A program made the position numbers and the translations under genes. A stretch of 64,000 nucleotides of DNA, taken from assembly GCF_006345805.1 (NCBI RefSeq), contig NC_043005.1, forward strand, positions 95,294,001-95,358,000, in the 5' to 3' direction. This document shows, piece by piece, positions 38,269 to 50,678 of this stretch. The stretch comes from Octopus sinensis. Lineage: Eukaryota. Position 1 is the first letter of the stretch. Each line of letters opens with the position of its first letter. Below the pieces are notes generated by a model, which was not told the DNA's origin, did not search any database, and saw nothing but the letters and a program-made list of their open reading frames with translations.

Positions 38269-38594
38269 TTTCTTTCTATTTCTGCCCCAATTGATTAAAC
38301 TGTTTGCCAATTGACAAATAAAATAATGAAATAGAACCGGTGCATGTGTGAATTAATGGCATAATGAACCTCCCAAGAGACAAGAAATTTAAGCAGAAAG
38401 TGATTTTTATATAAATATTTAAAAAAAGTATTGGCAGATGATTAGCACACATAATTGGCAAACATATTGGCAAACATAATTGCTGATAGAAAAAGTTTGA
38501 GAAGATAACACCAGATATGTTTTCAAACGCCGATAGAAGTTATTTATTTTTTTGGTACAAAGCCATAAATTTGGGGGTGACGAGCATAGTATAT

Positions 38595-38678
<84 letters not shown>

Positions 38679-39271
38679 AAAGAGTAAGAAATGCTCAGCT
38701 GAAAACAGTTAAAAATTACTTTTATATGTCTCGGACGAAAGGATAGTCTCTTTGCTTTGTATTATTGACCTTAGGAAAGAGAAAAGAAAAGTATATAAAG
38801 CCAATTCCGACAAGATTTGAACCCAGAACGTAGACAGCTAAAATGCTATTAAAAAAGTCATCTAGTTCTCTTTTGTTTCTGCCCCAATCACCACTCTAAC
38901 AATGTAAAAATTACAAACCACACACAAACACATACACACACAGATTAAGGCAAACTGATATCCTAAACATGGCTCAAGAGTCGTGTCCTATCAGCAATTC
39001 CATTGTGTAACTGATGAGACATTAAAACAAATGGAGAGTGAAAAAACAATAGCTCAAAAAATCAGTTTTCTTTTGGGTCGTCTCCCAGGTCAGACTCTGA
39101 ATATATTTTACATTAAATAGCAGTATTCGATTTAAGTAAACTGGCGCAGTACCCGGCAAAAATAATGAAGTTTATTTCTGTCTCCTTTCAGTAATTCTTA
39201 GTAATTCAGTTCTGTTTCAAGCTCCACTTATTTTTGTATTTCAGTTTGTCTACTCACCTGAGGAGCTCTCT

Positions 39272-39300
39272 CACGTGTTCGAGAACTACACACACACACA

Positions 39301-39369
<69 letters not shown>

Positions 39370-39558
39370 GCCTTATCTCCCTCCCCTTTTCTCTCCGTCT
39401 TTCCCAACCCGGTCAATCGCCCGCTTATCTATTTATTCAACAAATCAACCTCCCTTTATAATTCTTTATTTTTTATCCACCTTTCTCAGCGCAGTCACTG
39501 TCTTCTCCTTCTACATTACCTTTTCATTTCTCCCTCACATCTGTAGATCTCTACCATT
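39272..39558 (+). repeat. Direct repeat copy 2
   Basis: See copy 1; only the microsatellite length differs. Confidence 0.95.
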
Positions 39559-40064
39559 CCTCTCTCTATTTCACTTCTGCTTTTCAACTGAATTTATAAT
39601 GATTAAGCTTGTGTACGCGTGATTGAAATTGATTAATCTAACCTGTTTCATAATGTTATCATATTACCTCTTTAAGTTCTTTTCTGCTTTCATCGTAAAA
39701 TTAGATCACACAGTGTAACATTGCATTCTGTAAAGTTATTAAGTGCTTGAAGCTTGCGATATCTATCTCCTTCAGTCGTGATCGGATCGCTATTAACAAT
39801 AGTTCTATCTCACACGCTTTATAACAGTCCTAAATAGCAGCGTTTTATTTAGCATGTCATATTCTGGAACAGATCTCGGTCCTTAACCAAGGTTTTAGTG
39901 GGTGTGTACAACACATAGACACTCACACGCACATACACACACACATACACACACCACATACACATACAACACACACACATATTTTCATACATGTATTTAT
40001 ATACAGACTCATACCCATACATGCATGTGTGTGTGTGTGTGCGCGTCTGTGTATGTGTGTGTGT

Positions 40065-40096
<32 letters not shown>

Positions 40097-41751
40097 TGGC
40101 TAGGCTACTAAATGTTCTGCGATATGTTTTTATTTATATTGATATTTACATGGAGATGTCTCTGGCTGTGCTATTTGTTTCAGCTCCTTACATTCAGATT
40201 TCAAATTCTGCCGGAATCAACTTTGCCTTTCATCCCTCTGGGGCCAATAAAAGTAATTCGAATCGAGTTCTTGGAGTGTTTCAATTGACTTCATTCTAAA
40301 TTACCATCTTTGTGCCTAAATTGTTATTATTGAAAGCGATGGACTGTCATCAGACAGAAATTACTTGACGGTATTTGTTCCGGCTCTTTACGTTCTCAGT
40401 TCAGTTCCCACCAACATTGACTTCGCTTTTCATTCAAGTACAGGGGTCGATAGTATCGACCATCCCCTCCCCTTTCCCACAAACTTTCATATTGTGTACC
40501 TACTTTGTACTTAGAACTAATTTGTAAATACTTCTTCCAGGAATTGATGAATGGTTAAAACGCTCGCTTAGTGATCACATGATTATGAGTTCGTTCTCAC
40601 TGCACGGCATTTTGGACAAGTGCTTTCCACTACAGCCACTGGCCGACTAATGCCGTATGTGTAAATTTGATAAAGGGAAACTGTATGGAAGCCCATTGTA
40701 TATATATAAATATGTGTGTGTGTGTGTGTGTGTGTGCGTGTGTGCGCGCGCGCGCGTCCCCCTTTACCACCTCTTGATAAGTAGTGTTGGTTTGTTTACA
40801 TCCCAGTTCCTTAGCCGTTCGGCAAAACAGACTGATAGAATAAGTATCAGACTTTATATAAAAATAAGTATAGGGAGCCGATTAGTTTGACTAAAACCCC
40901 TCAAGACGGTGCTCCAGCACGGCCGCAGCCCAGTGACTGACGCAAGCAAAACATAAAAAGTAGAAGATACTTCAAACACTTCTCTTTGGAATCTGGCGTT
41001 GAAATTGGGAAAAGATTTCATTTAAGAAACTGCCAGAGGAAATTTAAGCAGGGTTGTGTTTTTATCATTTATCTGGTATAATGTACCATGTGTTTTACAC
41101 GTAACAGGAAAACTGAAGGCAATTATTCTAGCATTCTTCAGCCTCATTAAGGTTTAAATTGGAAATTGGTAAAACAGGAAAACAACTGAAATTTTCTCTC
41201 ACTTTAACTCTCTCTTTTCCGTTAAGTTTTAAACGTTATACAAATGTACTCCCAAAGTTTTATCAATTTCACGTGCGAGCACACACACACACGCACACAC
41301 GAGCGCACATACATACATACATGTATACATACATACACACTTAATTTATACCTCCAGTTTACAGACAACGGAAGTTCCGGATTCTAAGAAGCAGTCTTTC
41401 TATGTATATACCATTGTCGGTAGGTTTGTGCGTGCGCGCGTGTGTATGTACATATCTGTATCCAATCTATGGAGGCGCATGGCTTAGTAGTTAGGGTATT
41501 GTACTTATAGTAGTAACATTGTGGTTCCGATTCCGAGACTAGGCGGTCCGTTGTGTCCTTGAGCAAGACACTTCATTTCAAGCTCCTCCAGTTAACTCAG
41601 CTGGTAAAACATGAGCAATCTTACAACGGACCAGCGTTCTATTCGGCTAGACAGGGAATATATAAGCCACAGAATCCGGGAAACTGGTCTTATGAACCTA
41701 TAGCTCGGGAAGTACCTTTGATCCTTCTATAACCCAGGTTATATTTAAACA

Positions 41752-41919
41752 TTTATAATAACTGGTGCATTTGGTTTTGTGAGTAAAAGCTTAAGTAACA
41801 GTCTGAATAAGCTGAGGTCTTCAGAAGAAGAAATCAAACAGCCAATTCGCATATTACAAATACAATCTGTAAAGGGAACAGTAAAAATATGCAAGACTTT
41901 CCTCAAGTTTATAATGTGA
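41752..41919 (+). pseudogene. C-terminal relic of another RLE-type non-LTR element
   Basis: FIITGAFGFVSKSL...IRILQIQSVKGTVKICKTFLKFIM* parallels the IPIIVGALG...IQKITLLGTAHILR end of the R4 ORF at 44057-44203. Confidence 0.6.
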
Positions 41920-42043
41920 ATCGGTTTCTGTTATCTACATCCCGACGATGGAGCTTTATACCTTTATTAGAAGGATGACTTCAAATAATTAAAAACAGAA
42001 GAGAACATTTAGCATACAAACATACATACATATATGTGTGTGC

Positions 42044-42081
<38 letters not shown>

Positions 42082-42090
42082 ATATATATA

Positions 42091-42204
<114 letters not shown>

Positions 42205-43134
42205 TGTATGTATATATATATATGCCAGTAAATCTGTTAATAAAACATTGGTTATTTCTCGAATTATCACTCGAAGCCATCAAAAGAACTTCATATACAC
42301 AGAGAGATTAAACAGTATTCTTGTGATTAAGCAGTTCTACGAACAAAAGCCTTTGAGATAGTTACACACGTATTCTTCACGTTTTAAGGCAGTACAGTGT
42401 GATGTGGGAAAGATTTGGTTGCTGCTTCTAGCAGAGTGAACAACTACGAAAAGACTGCCTTTGGTTACAGATAAAATCTGTGCTATCATGAAATAGTTTA
42501 ACGTCCTGGCTGGGTACATGTGGTTTCTTTATTAATAGGTTAGAATTCATATTTGTCTCTGGCTGTAGACTCATCAGATCAAACCTTATCACAGTTCTCA
42601 AGGCATTACTGAACAAGAGCACAAGGCCTGCCGTTCTTTCATAATATGTCGGCGTTACTGGGTGATATGACGTCCAATATATTTGAACCATCTTACTGAT
42701 ATGATTTTATAATTAGCTACACAGTCAGGTGTGTCTCTGTGGTTGAAAAGCTTGCTTCCCAAAACTGTGTGGTCTTCAGTTCAATCCCACAGGGCGGCAC
42801 CGTGGATAAGTGTATTCTCATATAATCCTGGCCAACCAAAGTCTTGTGAGTGGATTTGGTGGACGGAAGAAAACTTGTGTGTATGTGTTTGTGTGTCTTT
42901 ATGTTGTATTTATTTCTCAGCAATGCTTGACAATAGATGTTAGTTTGAGAACGCTAGAAGTACCAGATTTCAAAAATAAGTATTGAGAACGGTTTCTTCG
43001 ACTAAACTCTTCAAGGTGGTGCCCCAGTATGGCCGCGGCCCAATGATTTAAACACGTAAAGAGTAAACAATGAATTATCAATACCCCAATATTCGTAATT
43101 AAAAATAGAATTTATAATAATGGTTTCAAATTTT

Positions 43135-43555
43135 GGCACAAGGCCAGTAGTTTCCTGGGTGGGGGGATAAGTCGATTACATTGACCCCAGTACTCAATTC
43201 AATTAGTACATATTTTATCGATTCCGAAAGCATGAAAGACGAAATCGACCTCAGCAGAATTTGAACTCAGAACGTAAAGGCGGACGAAATGCCGTCATGC
43301 TAACGATTCCGCCAGCTCACCACCTTATTGATAATAACAATAATAATCCTTTTCTACTAAAGGCACACGTCTGGAATTTGTGGGTAAGGAAATAGTCGAT
43401 TACATTCACCCCAGTGTTTCACTGGCACTTTATTCATCGACCCCGAAAGGAGGAAAGGCGAAGTCGACCTACACGGAATTTGAAATCAGAACATAAGAAC
43501 GGACGAAATGCCGCTAAGTGTGTTGCCCGTCGTACAAACGATTCTGCCAGCTCAC
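43135..43555 (-). mobile_element. Two head-to-tail SINE family B copies
   Basis: gaatttgaactcagaacgtaaag...gattccgccagctcacc and its repeat. Confidence 0.75.
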
Positions 43556-43560
43556 CATCT

Positions 43561-43561
43561 A

Positions 43562-43607
<46 letters not shown>

Positions 43608-43624
43608 TAATAATAATAATAATA

Positions 43625-43669
<45 letters not shown>

Positions 43670-43688
43670 TAATAATAATAATAATAAT
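43561..43688. repeat. (AAT)n tract
   Basis: Directly visible. Confidence 0.95.
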
Positions 43689-44300
43689 ATTCCTGGCTAA
43701 GAAGGAATATATTCACAGACATGACAAAGTTGGAACCTACATACATTGGAAGCTATGCCAACATTATGGAATAACAACAGGAAAAAAGATGGTATAGGCA
43801 CACACCAGAAAAGGTCACAGAAAACGAGAAAGCAATCATACTCTGGGATATGCCGATACACACAGATAGAGAAATTAAGGCCAACAGACCAGATATAGTT
43901 GTCAGAGATCATGAAGAAAAAAAATGCTTTCTAATTGATGTATCAATACCGGCAGATGACAACGTGTCTCTAAAAGAAATGGAGAAACTCTCAAAATACA
44001 AAGACCTGGAAATAGAGGAAACTAGAATGTGGAATCTGAAAACAGAAACAATTCCTATCATAGTAGGTGCATTAGGCATGATAAAAAAATATTCAGACAA
44101 ATACATAACAAAAACACCAGGACTTACAAACACATATAACATACAGAAAATTACACTACTGGGCACTGCACACATCCTACGCAGAGCACTTTCCATACAA
44201 TAACCATCAGAGCATCACAACAAATCACAGCACATACCCAAGGCACACAGAGTTGCGCTCGGTAGTGAAGTGAAAGCACGCTATAAAAATAAAACTACTG
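43689..44300 (+). mobile_element. 5'-truncated R4/Dong element (RLE domain plus 3' UTR) within (AAT)n
   Basis: EYIHRHDKVG (RHD motif), then after a frameshift RPDIVVRDHEEKKCFLIDVSIP and KLSKYKDL (PD-(D/E)xK nuclease). Stop at 44201-44203; (AAT)7 at 44301-44321. Confidence 0.9.
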
Positions 44301-44321
44301 AATAATAATAATAATAATAAT

Positions 44322-44861
44322 ACAGGCAGTGGCTCTCATGGCTTCTGATCTTAACTGATTGGAAGTGTTATCATGTACATTGTTTTGTCTTGGTATAAAA
44401 GATGGGCTACAGCAAATATTCTGCTCAATACCACAGATTTGCTTGTCAGTTGGTTGACCTTAACCAGTTGAGCATGTCCCTTAGTGGCTGACGATATGTG
44501 CATCTCTGATCACGAGCAGAAGTAGTGGAGGAGCATCATAGCCATGTGTTGAGAGGGATTCTTTGGGGTTTGAATAGTTCACCTCTGGAAACATGGGTGG
44601 TTCTTTCAACATCCTTAAACAACCCTTATTCAGGGACCGTTTGAGCGGGATGGGCTACTCAACCTGAAGAAAATTCTAACTGGGCCCCACCTGCAAGGTC
44701 ATGTGCTGTTTATCTTGATATGAGATCACCATGTCGCGCACATATGGTTGTGATGCATGTGCCTGGTGTACCTTTATCAGACGGGTAGTCATGATGGGTA
44801 TATTGGGCTTCGTATATTTTACCCCAGTGTCACTTTGATGGCATGAACTGCTCTCTCACTC
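44322..44861 (+). mobile_element. ~540-bp non-coding element flanked by (AAT)n on both sides
   Basis: Sharp boundaries with (AAT)n at 44301-44321 and 44862-44884; ends ctctctcactc(aat)n. The ORF track shows no ORF of 60 aa or more inside it. Class is inferred. Confidence 0.55.
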
Positions 44862-44895
44862 AATAATAATAATAATAATAATAAAAGTTACATAC

Positions 44896-45064
44896 CACTT
44901 CTTTAACATTTGGTCTTCCAGTAGATAATTTGGTGACGAAACTTTGGTAGTATTTCTCCACTTTAGGATCATCCAATGGTAATTTAGGATCTTTTGATTT
45001 TAATTTAGCGTATTCATGGGCGCAGCCACGTATAAATTGCGGGAAATTCTCCATTAACATATAT
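44896..45064 (-). CDS. TPPP: TPPP/p25-alpha family protein, middle coding exon
   Basis: Acceptor ttcttttAG (45066-45065) and donor GTATGT (44895). The exon is 1 nt plus 56 codons (YMLMENFPQF...PNVKEV), with phases matching both neighbouring exons. Confidence 0.88.
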
Positions 45065-45380
45065 CTAAAAGAATTATGGATTAATTAAGGTGTGAAATCC
45101 GTAGAGTGAAAAATAACGCAATTGTATACAGAATATTGGTTTCAAGTTTTAGTACAAGGCCAGTATTTTCGGGGAAGGGATTAGTCGATTACATGACCCC
45201 CAATGCTCAGCTGGTATTTGCTCTCTCGACCCCCAAAAGGATGAAAGGTAAAGTAAATCTCGGCGGGATTTGAACTCTAAAAGACGGACGAAATGCGTTT
45301 CGTTGCGTTTTGTTGGTTTTCAGTTTACTGTATTCTCGTCTAAGTTTTTTCTTTGTTGCGTTCTTTCTGTTTAACCTTTG

Positions 45381-45451
<71 letters not shown>

Positions 45452-45869
45452 TATATATACTGTGTAGCACCTTGGGCAAGTATCTTCTACTATAGCCTCG
45501 GGCCAACCAAATCCACTCACAAGGATTTGGTCAATCCTAGGCTATAGTAGAAGATACTTGCCCAAGGTGCCACGCAGTGTGACGAAACCCGGAACCATGT
45601 GGTTGGGAAGCAAGCTTCTTACCACACAGCCACGCCTTGTCCTATGTATACAAAATATAAATGAAATAAAAGATATCACTTCTAACGGAATTCGATACCG
45701 TTATCAGGAATTCCATTACCAACGCAGGCATAGCTGAGTGGTTAAGATACGTGGTATCAGGTTCAGACCCACTGCGCACCACCTTGGGCTAGTATCTTCT
45801 ACTGTAACCTCGAGGCAACCGATGACTTGAGAATGAATGTAGACGAAAACTGACATAGAAGCCCATCGC

Positions 45870-45906
<37 letters not shown>

Positions 45907-48176
45907 CGTGCGTGTGTGTGCGTGTGTGTGCGTGCGTGCGTGTGTGTGCGTGTGTGTGCATGCGTGTGCGTGTGTGTGTGTGTATGTGTGTATGTGTGCA
46001 TTTGTCCCTTTCACCGCTTGACAACCGGTATTGGTTTGTTTATATCCTAGTAACCTAGCGGTTCAGCAAAAGTGTCCTATAGAATCAGTACCAGACTGAA
46101 GTCGATCTCTTCGGCTAAACCTTCGAGGGTGGTACTTCCGCATAGCCGCTGCCAAATGACTAAAACAAGGAAAATCGTAAAAAGGGACCAGCGTAATATG
46201 TTGCATGGCCTTGGCTTGGGGCTTAAGATTTTATACTGTAAAAATAAAGGTTGAGAAATTCGTATCCAGAATGCATTAGGAGAGATAAATGAAGTGAAAT
46301 AACTTCAACGAGAAATCGAAACCGCGATGCATTGTGGTGATATCGGCAGGACAGTAACTTTTGTAGATATATGTGTATATGTATATAATACTGTGAATTG
46401 TTGTTGATGCTTTGGCCCACGTCAACCCTGGCGGAGCAGAACAATGGCCAAAAGCATCCTGGCTGTGACCATCCGCCATTTGTATACCCAATACTATAAA
46501 TATTGTGCAATGTGTCCTTCCACTTTTTAAGGATGACAGAATGTGGTCTCAGGGACACTTGGCCGCTGTTTCTAGCCGATCGATTGAGTATGTATAGGTT
46601 CTGTAGTTGTGTGCATGCAGACGTACACACATAAACCCAGACAGACAGACAGACACACACACACACACACACACATACACACACAAATACACCCCCCCAC
46701 ACACACACATACCTATATAAATGTATCTGTCCGTCCGTACGCATACATATTTACCCACTATAACATATACATGCATGGGAGCTGTTGACACCACAAATGC
46801 GTCTAACATTTAATGGATTTCAAATATATTTATTGGATTTTTTTTTATATCTCTAAATTACATACGCCATAAAAGTCTTATCGGAATGTTATCCTAATTG
46901 CTTATAAAGTTTGCTTCAGAGAAGGACTTGGCTAGAAAGAACATGTTGACAATGTCGTAAAATAGCCAAGTTTGAACATGTTTCTATTCATTTAACGAAG
47001 GGAGTGTTTTAGTGAAACCAACAACAACTATAAAAACTTTTTTTTTTTTTTATTAGCGACAGAAGCAGTATTCGTTCAAAATAGTATTCTGTAAATCTTA
47101 CGCAACGTGGATATACTGTAAAAAGCCAGAAAACTGCGGGATTCGTCTTGAGAAAGAATCTTGTATAGGCATATAGTGCTAAAAAAGCATAATACTATAT
47201 CAGTAGCAGATAAAAAGTGTCCAGCAGATTTCTGCTTCTGATGACGCTAACAAAAAAAAAAAGCAGAAATCTAGATTTATCAATTCCATCGCCACTGCTG
47301 GACTCTTTTCGTCTGCTCCTGATATGCTTCTCTGCTTTTTAGCAATATACGTCTGTACGAGATGCTTTCTCAATACGGACCCAGCAATGTTCTAGCTTGC
47401 TACAGTATACCCACGTTAGAATTTATAGCATGTCATCTTGTTTTATCGTCTTTGCGATTATCTCACTTTAATGCTGGGTCTGCATCCATGAATACTGATG
47501 CGACCAAGATGTTGCTGTAATCGACACGCCATTAATTCTTACATCGAAGGTCTAACCCCGTTGAGTCCTGAAAGGTTCGTTTAACCACCAGTTAGAACCT
47601 CTTAAACGAGGCGGAATTTGAACTCAGAACCCAATGAATTAGGCTGGACATCTCGCCTAGTGTTCTTGAAATTCTGCCAATCTACCATGCTGGATTGGTA
47701 CTTTATTTATCGATCCTCAAAAAAAGATAAACTTTAAAATTGACTTCGGTGGAATCTGAACTCAAAGCTCAGAGAACTGGAACAAATACCACAAGGTATT
47801 TTATCCGATTCTCTAACAACTCTACAGTATTGATTATTATATTGTACTTCCATACATTCTTTTCGTGCAGTACCTGCTTCCATACAATGTATCTTCGTAA
47901 ACATAGAATGTACTTTTTTAATGCGCTGTATCTTCCTATACAATAGATCCTCCTACTCAGTATGGTTACCTTTATAGTGCCGCTTCTATACAATACAACT
48001 TTCCATACTTTTTCATTTACCTACAGACAACACCCTTCTAGTTTATTGTCTAAATCCTTTCCGTAAAATATCTTGTCCTACACTACACAGTTCCTATAGG
48101 GCTTACTTCTAACATGTCTTCAATGATGTTTCAATCATTTATCTCATAACAAGACAACAAACAAACTAATGCTTAC

Positions 48177-48361
48177 GGTTTCCCTTTCTCCTTATATTTC
48201 GGGAAAACACTGGCATCGGCAATACCTGACACTTCCTTTGGCAGGCAGTCTTTGACCATTTTACCACACGCCTTAGCATTCATCATTTTCATGTCACTCT
48301 CCGTCTTGGCACCAGCCAACTTCACAAATGCTTTAAAAACTTCCTTCAAATCGTCGCTCAT
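48177..48361 (-). CDS. TPPP: TPPP/p25-alpha family protein, first coding exon
   Basis: ATG at 48361 with A at -3, encoding MSDDLKEVFKAF...GKMVKDC...DASVFPKYKEKGK. Donor GTAAGC at 48176 is phase 2 (CC+A = Pro). An upstream acceptor tttgtttcAG at 48378-48377 implies a further 5' exon. Confidence 0.88.
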
Positions 48362-48619
48362 TTTTCCTGGTTCCGTCTGAAACAAAGAATAAGAGATTTG
48401 TTACTCAGGCAAGAGAGCAACGTTGTTCTTTCTTCCTACTTCATTCACCATTTTCAAACATCTTCAGTTCATCACACGAACAATATTTTGTAGGTGAATT
48501 TCAGCGAAAAGTCTTTTTTTCTTTTTCGTTTTTTCTTTCTTTAATTTTTTCAAAACTTATGTACCAACAATATAAATAAGTACAGAAAAAGGGAAATGGA
48601 ATAGAGAAGCAGACTCTAC

Positions 48620-48855
48620 ACATAAACACTCATATATACAATAAAAAACAAAAACGAGAAAAAAGACAAGGAAAAAACAACAACGCGAGGACGTGGTACA
48701 TACAAAGTATTAATATGACGCTCAGAAAAGGAAAGAAAAAGTGGTTGTTTTACGTTTCGAGCAAAGCTCTTCTTCGGAAACAGGAGATAAAGGCAAGAAA
48801 GGGAAGCAGGAGGAAAAAAATTGGCCAGCAGTCCACGTGTACTTACATTTTGGAA
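48620..48855 (-). mobile_element. PLE-type terminal repeat with minimal hammerhead-like motif, copy P3
   Basis: Minus 48782-48746 reads UGUUU-CCGAAGA-A-GAGC[UUU]GCUC-GAAA-CG-U-A^AAACA; stem I pairs 5 of 5. Confidence 0.6.
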
Positions 48856-49195
48856 TATATATATATATACATACACGCACACACACGACGAGCTTCTACA
48901 GTTTCCGTCTACCAAATTCACAAGACATTCATGCGCGTAAACCTTGCCCAAAGTACCGTGCAGTGGTACTAAACTCAAAACCACGTACTAACAAACAAAA
49001 TTCTTTACCATGCGGTCATGCCTGTGTTTATGTATGTATGTATGGATGTGTGTATGTATGTATGGATGGATGGATGGATGGATAGCTGGATAGATGGATG
49101 TGTGCGCGCACACACACCTGCATGCATGCATACATACATACATACATACATACATACATACATACATACATACATACATACGTGTGTCTACGTGC

Positions 49196-49240
<45 letters not shown>

Positions 49241-49777
49241 GTGCGTGTGTGTTGGAAAATACTAGTGTCGATAACATAAAGGACCTGTCAAGAACAGTGA
49301 CCCTTTCCCATTCGTTAGATTTCTGGCCTTTTGCCGATTTTAAAATTTTAGTTTTACTTTCATTATAAACACGTCTTTTAGGAACAGGAGGGCTATGAGT
49401 TCAAATCAGTTTGTTTTTAAGAAGCCAACCAGGCTATACATCCACTTCACCACTAATTATCAGTTGTAAAATTACCTGTGTTTAGTCAAGTGTGGCTATT
49501 CTACTCATAATTAAGTTGCAACACCGAGATGTCTGCACTAAAGAAAATTCAGGTGGTGTAATATTTGTATATCGTATTACAATGTTACAATAGACATTGA
49601 TACAGAATTACGTGAATGCATGCACATAAATTGGTCTTACACACACCATACACATTCTTGCCTCTCACCCACAGCGCACATACAACACTTACATATACAT
49701 ATACATACATAAATACAGAAACACACACACATAGATAGGGAGGAATGAAAGATGAAATAGATAGCTAGCTAGCTGGC

Positions 49778-49850
<73 letters not shown>

Positions 49851-49861
49851 TATATAGATAG

Positions 49862-50031
49862 AGGCGTAGGAGTGGTTGTGTGGTAAGTAGCTTGCTAACC
49901 AACCACATGGTTCTGGGTTCAGTCCCACTGCGTGGCATCTTGGGCAAGTGCCTTCTGCTATAGCCCCGGGCCGACCAATGCCTTGTGAGTGAATTTGGTA
50001 GACGGAAACTGAAAGAAGCCTGTCGTATATA

Positions 50032-50087
<56 letters not shown>

Positions 50088-50315
50088 TGTATGTATGTGT
50101 GTGTGTTTGAGTGTGTGTGTTTGTCCCCCTAGCATTGACAACCGATGCTGATGTGTTTACGTCCCCGTCACTTAGCGGTTCGGCAAAAAGAGACCGATAG
50201 AATAAGTACTAGGCTTACAAAGAATAAGTCCCGGGGTCGATTTGCTCGACTAAAGGCGGTGCTCCAGCATGGCCACAGTCAAATGACTGAAACAAGTAAA
50301 AGTAAAAGTAAATGT

Positions 50316-50317
<2 letters not shown>
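49862..50317 (+). mobile_element. SINE family A within a (GATA)n tract
   Basis: Full head-to-tail copy with GATA repeats on both sides. Confidence 0.85.
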
Positions 50318-50400
<83 letters not shown>

Positions 50401-50406
50401 TAGATA
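50318..50406. repeat. (GATA/GACA)n, 3' flank of Tx1 copy 2
   Basis: Directly visible. Confidence 0.95.
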
Positions 50407-50678
50407 ACTTTTTATTGTAGCCACACAGGGCCAAACACAGAATAAAAATGGACGAAATACAATGTAGAATTTTTTGTTTTCGAGGTGGGATGGGTGGGGC
50501 ACAAAAAAAAACTGTTTGATCGATAGGAATCTGTGGGTTGTGTGGTGTATAAAAAAGCAATATATATATATAAGGTTCACAGTTTAGGTGTAGCCTTGGA
50601 AAGAAAAACCTACAAAAAAGACCAAGTTCGAAAAAGAACACATGAGTAAGTCGCCTTACTTCTCGTTGTCTCTTTTGG

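Noticed and set aside
42545-42585. Additional hammerhead (CUGAUGA-GUC...GAC on the minus strand)
   Set aside because: Followed by AAA rather than GAAA, with no stem III or stem I pairing.
48377-48404. Mini-intron providing the TPPP 5' exon locally
   Set aside because: The GT at 48404 would give a 28-nt intron, too short to be credible.
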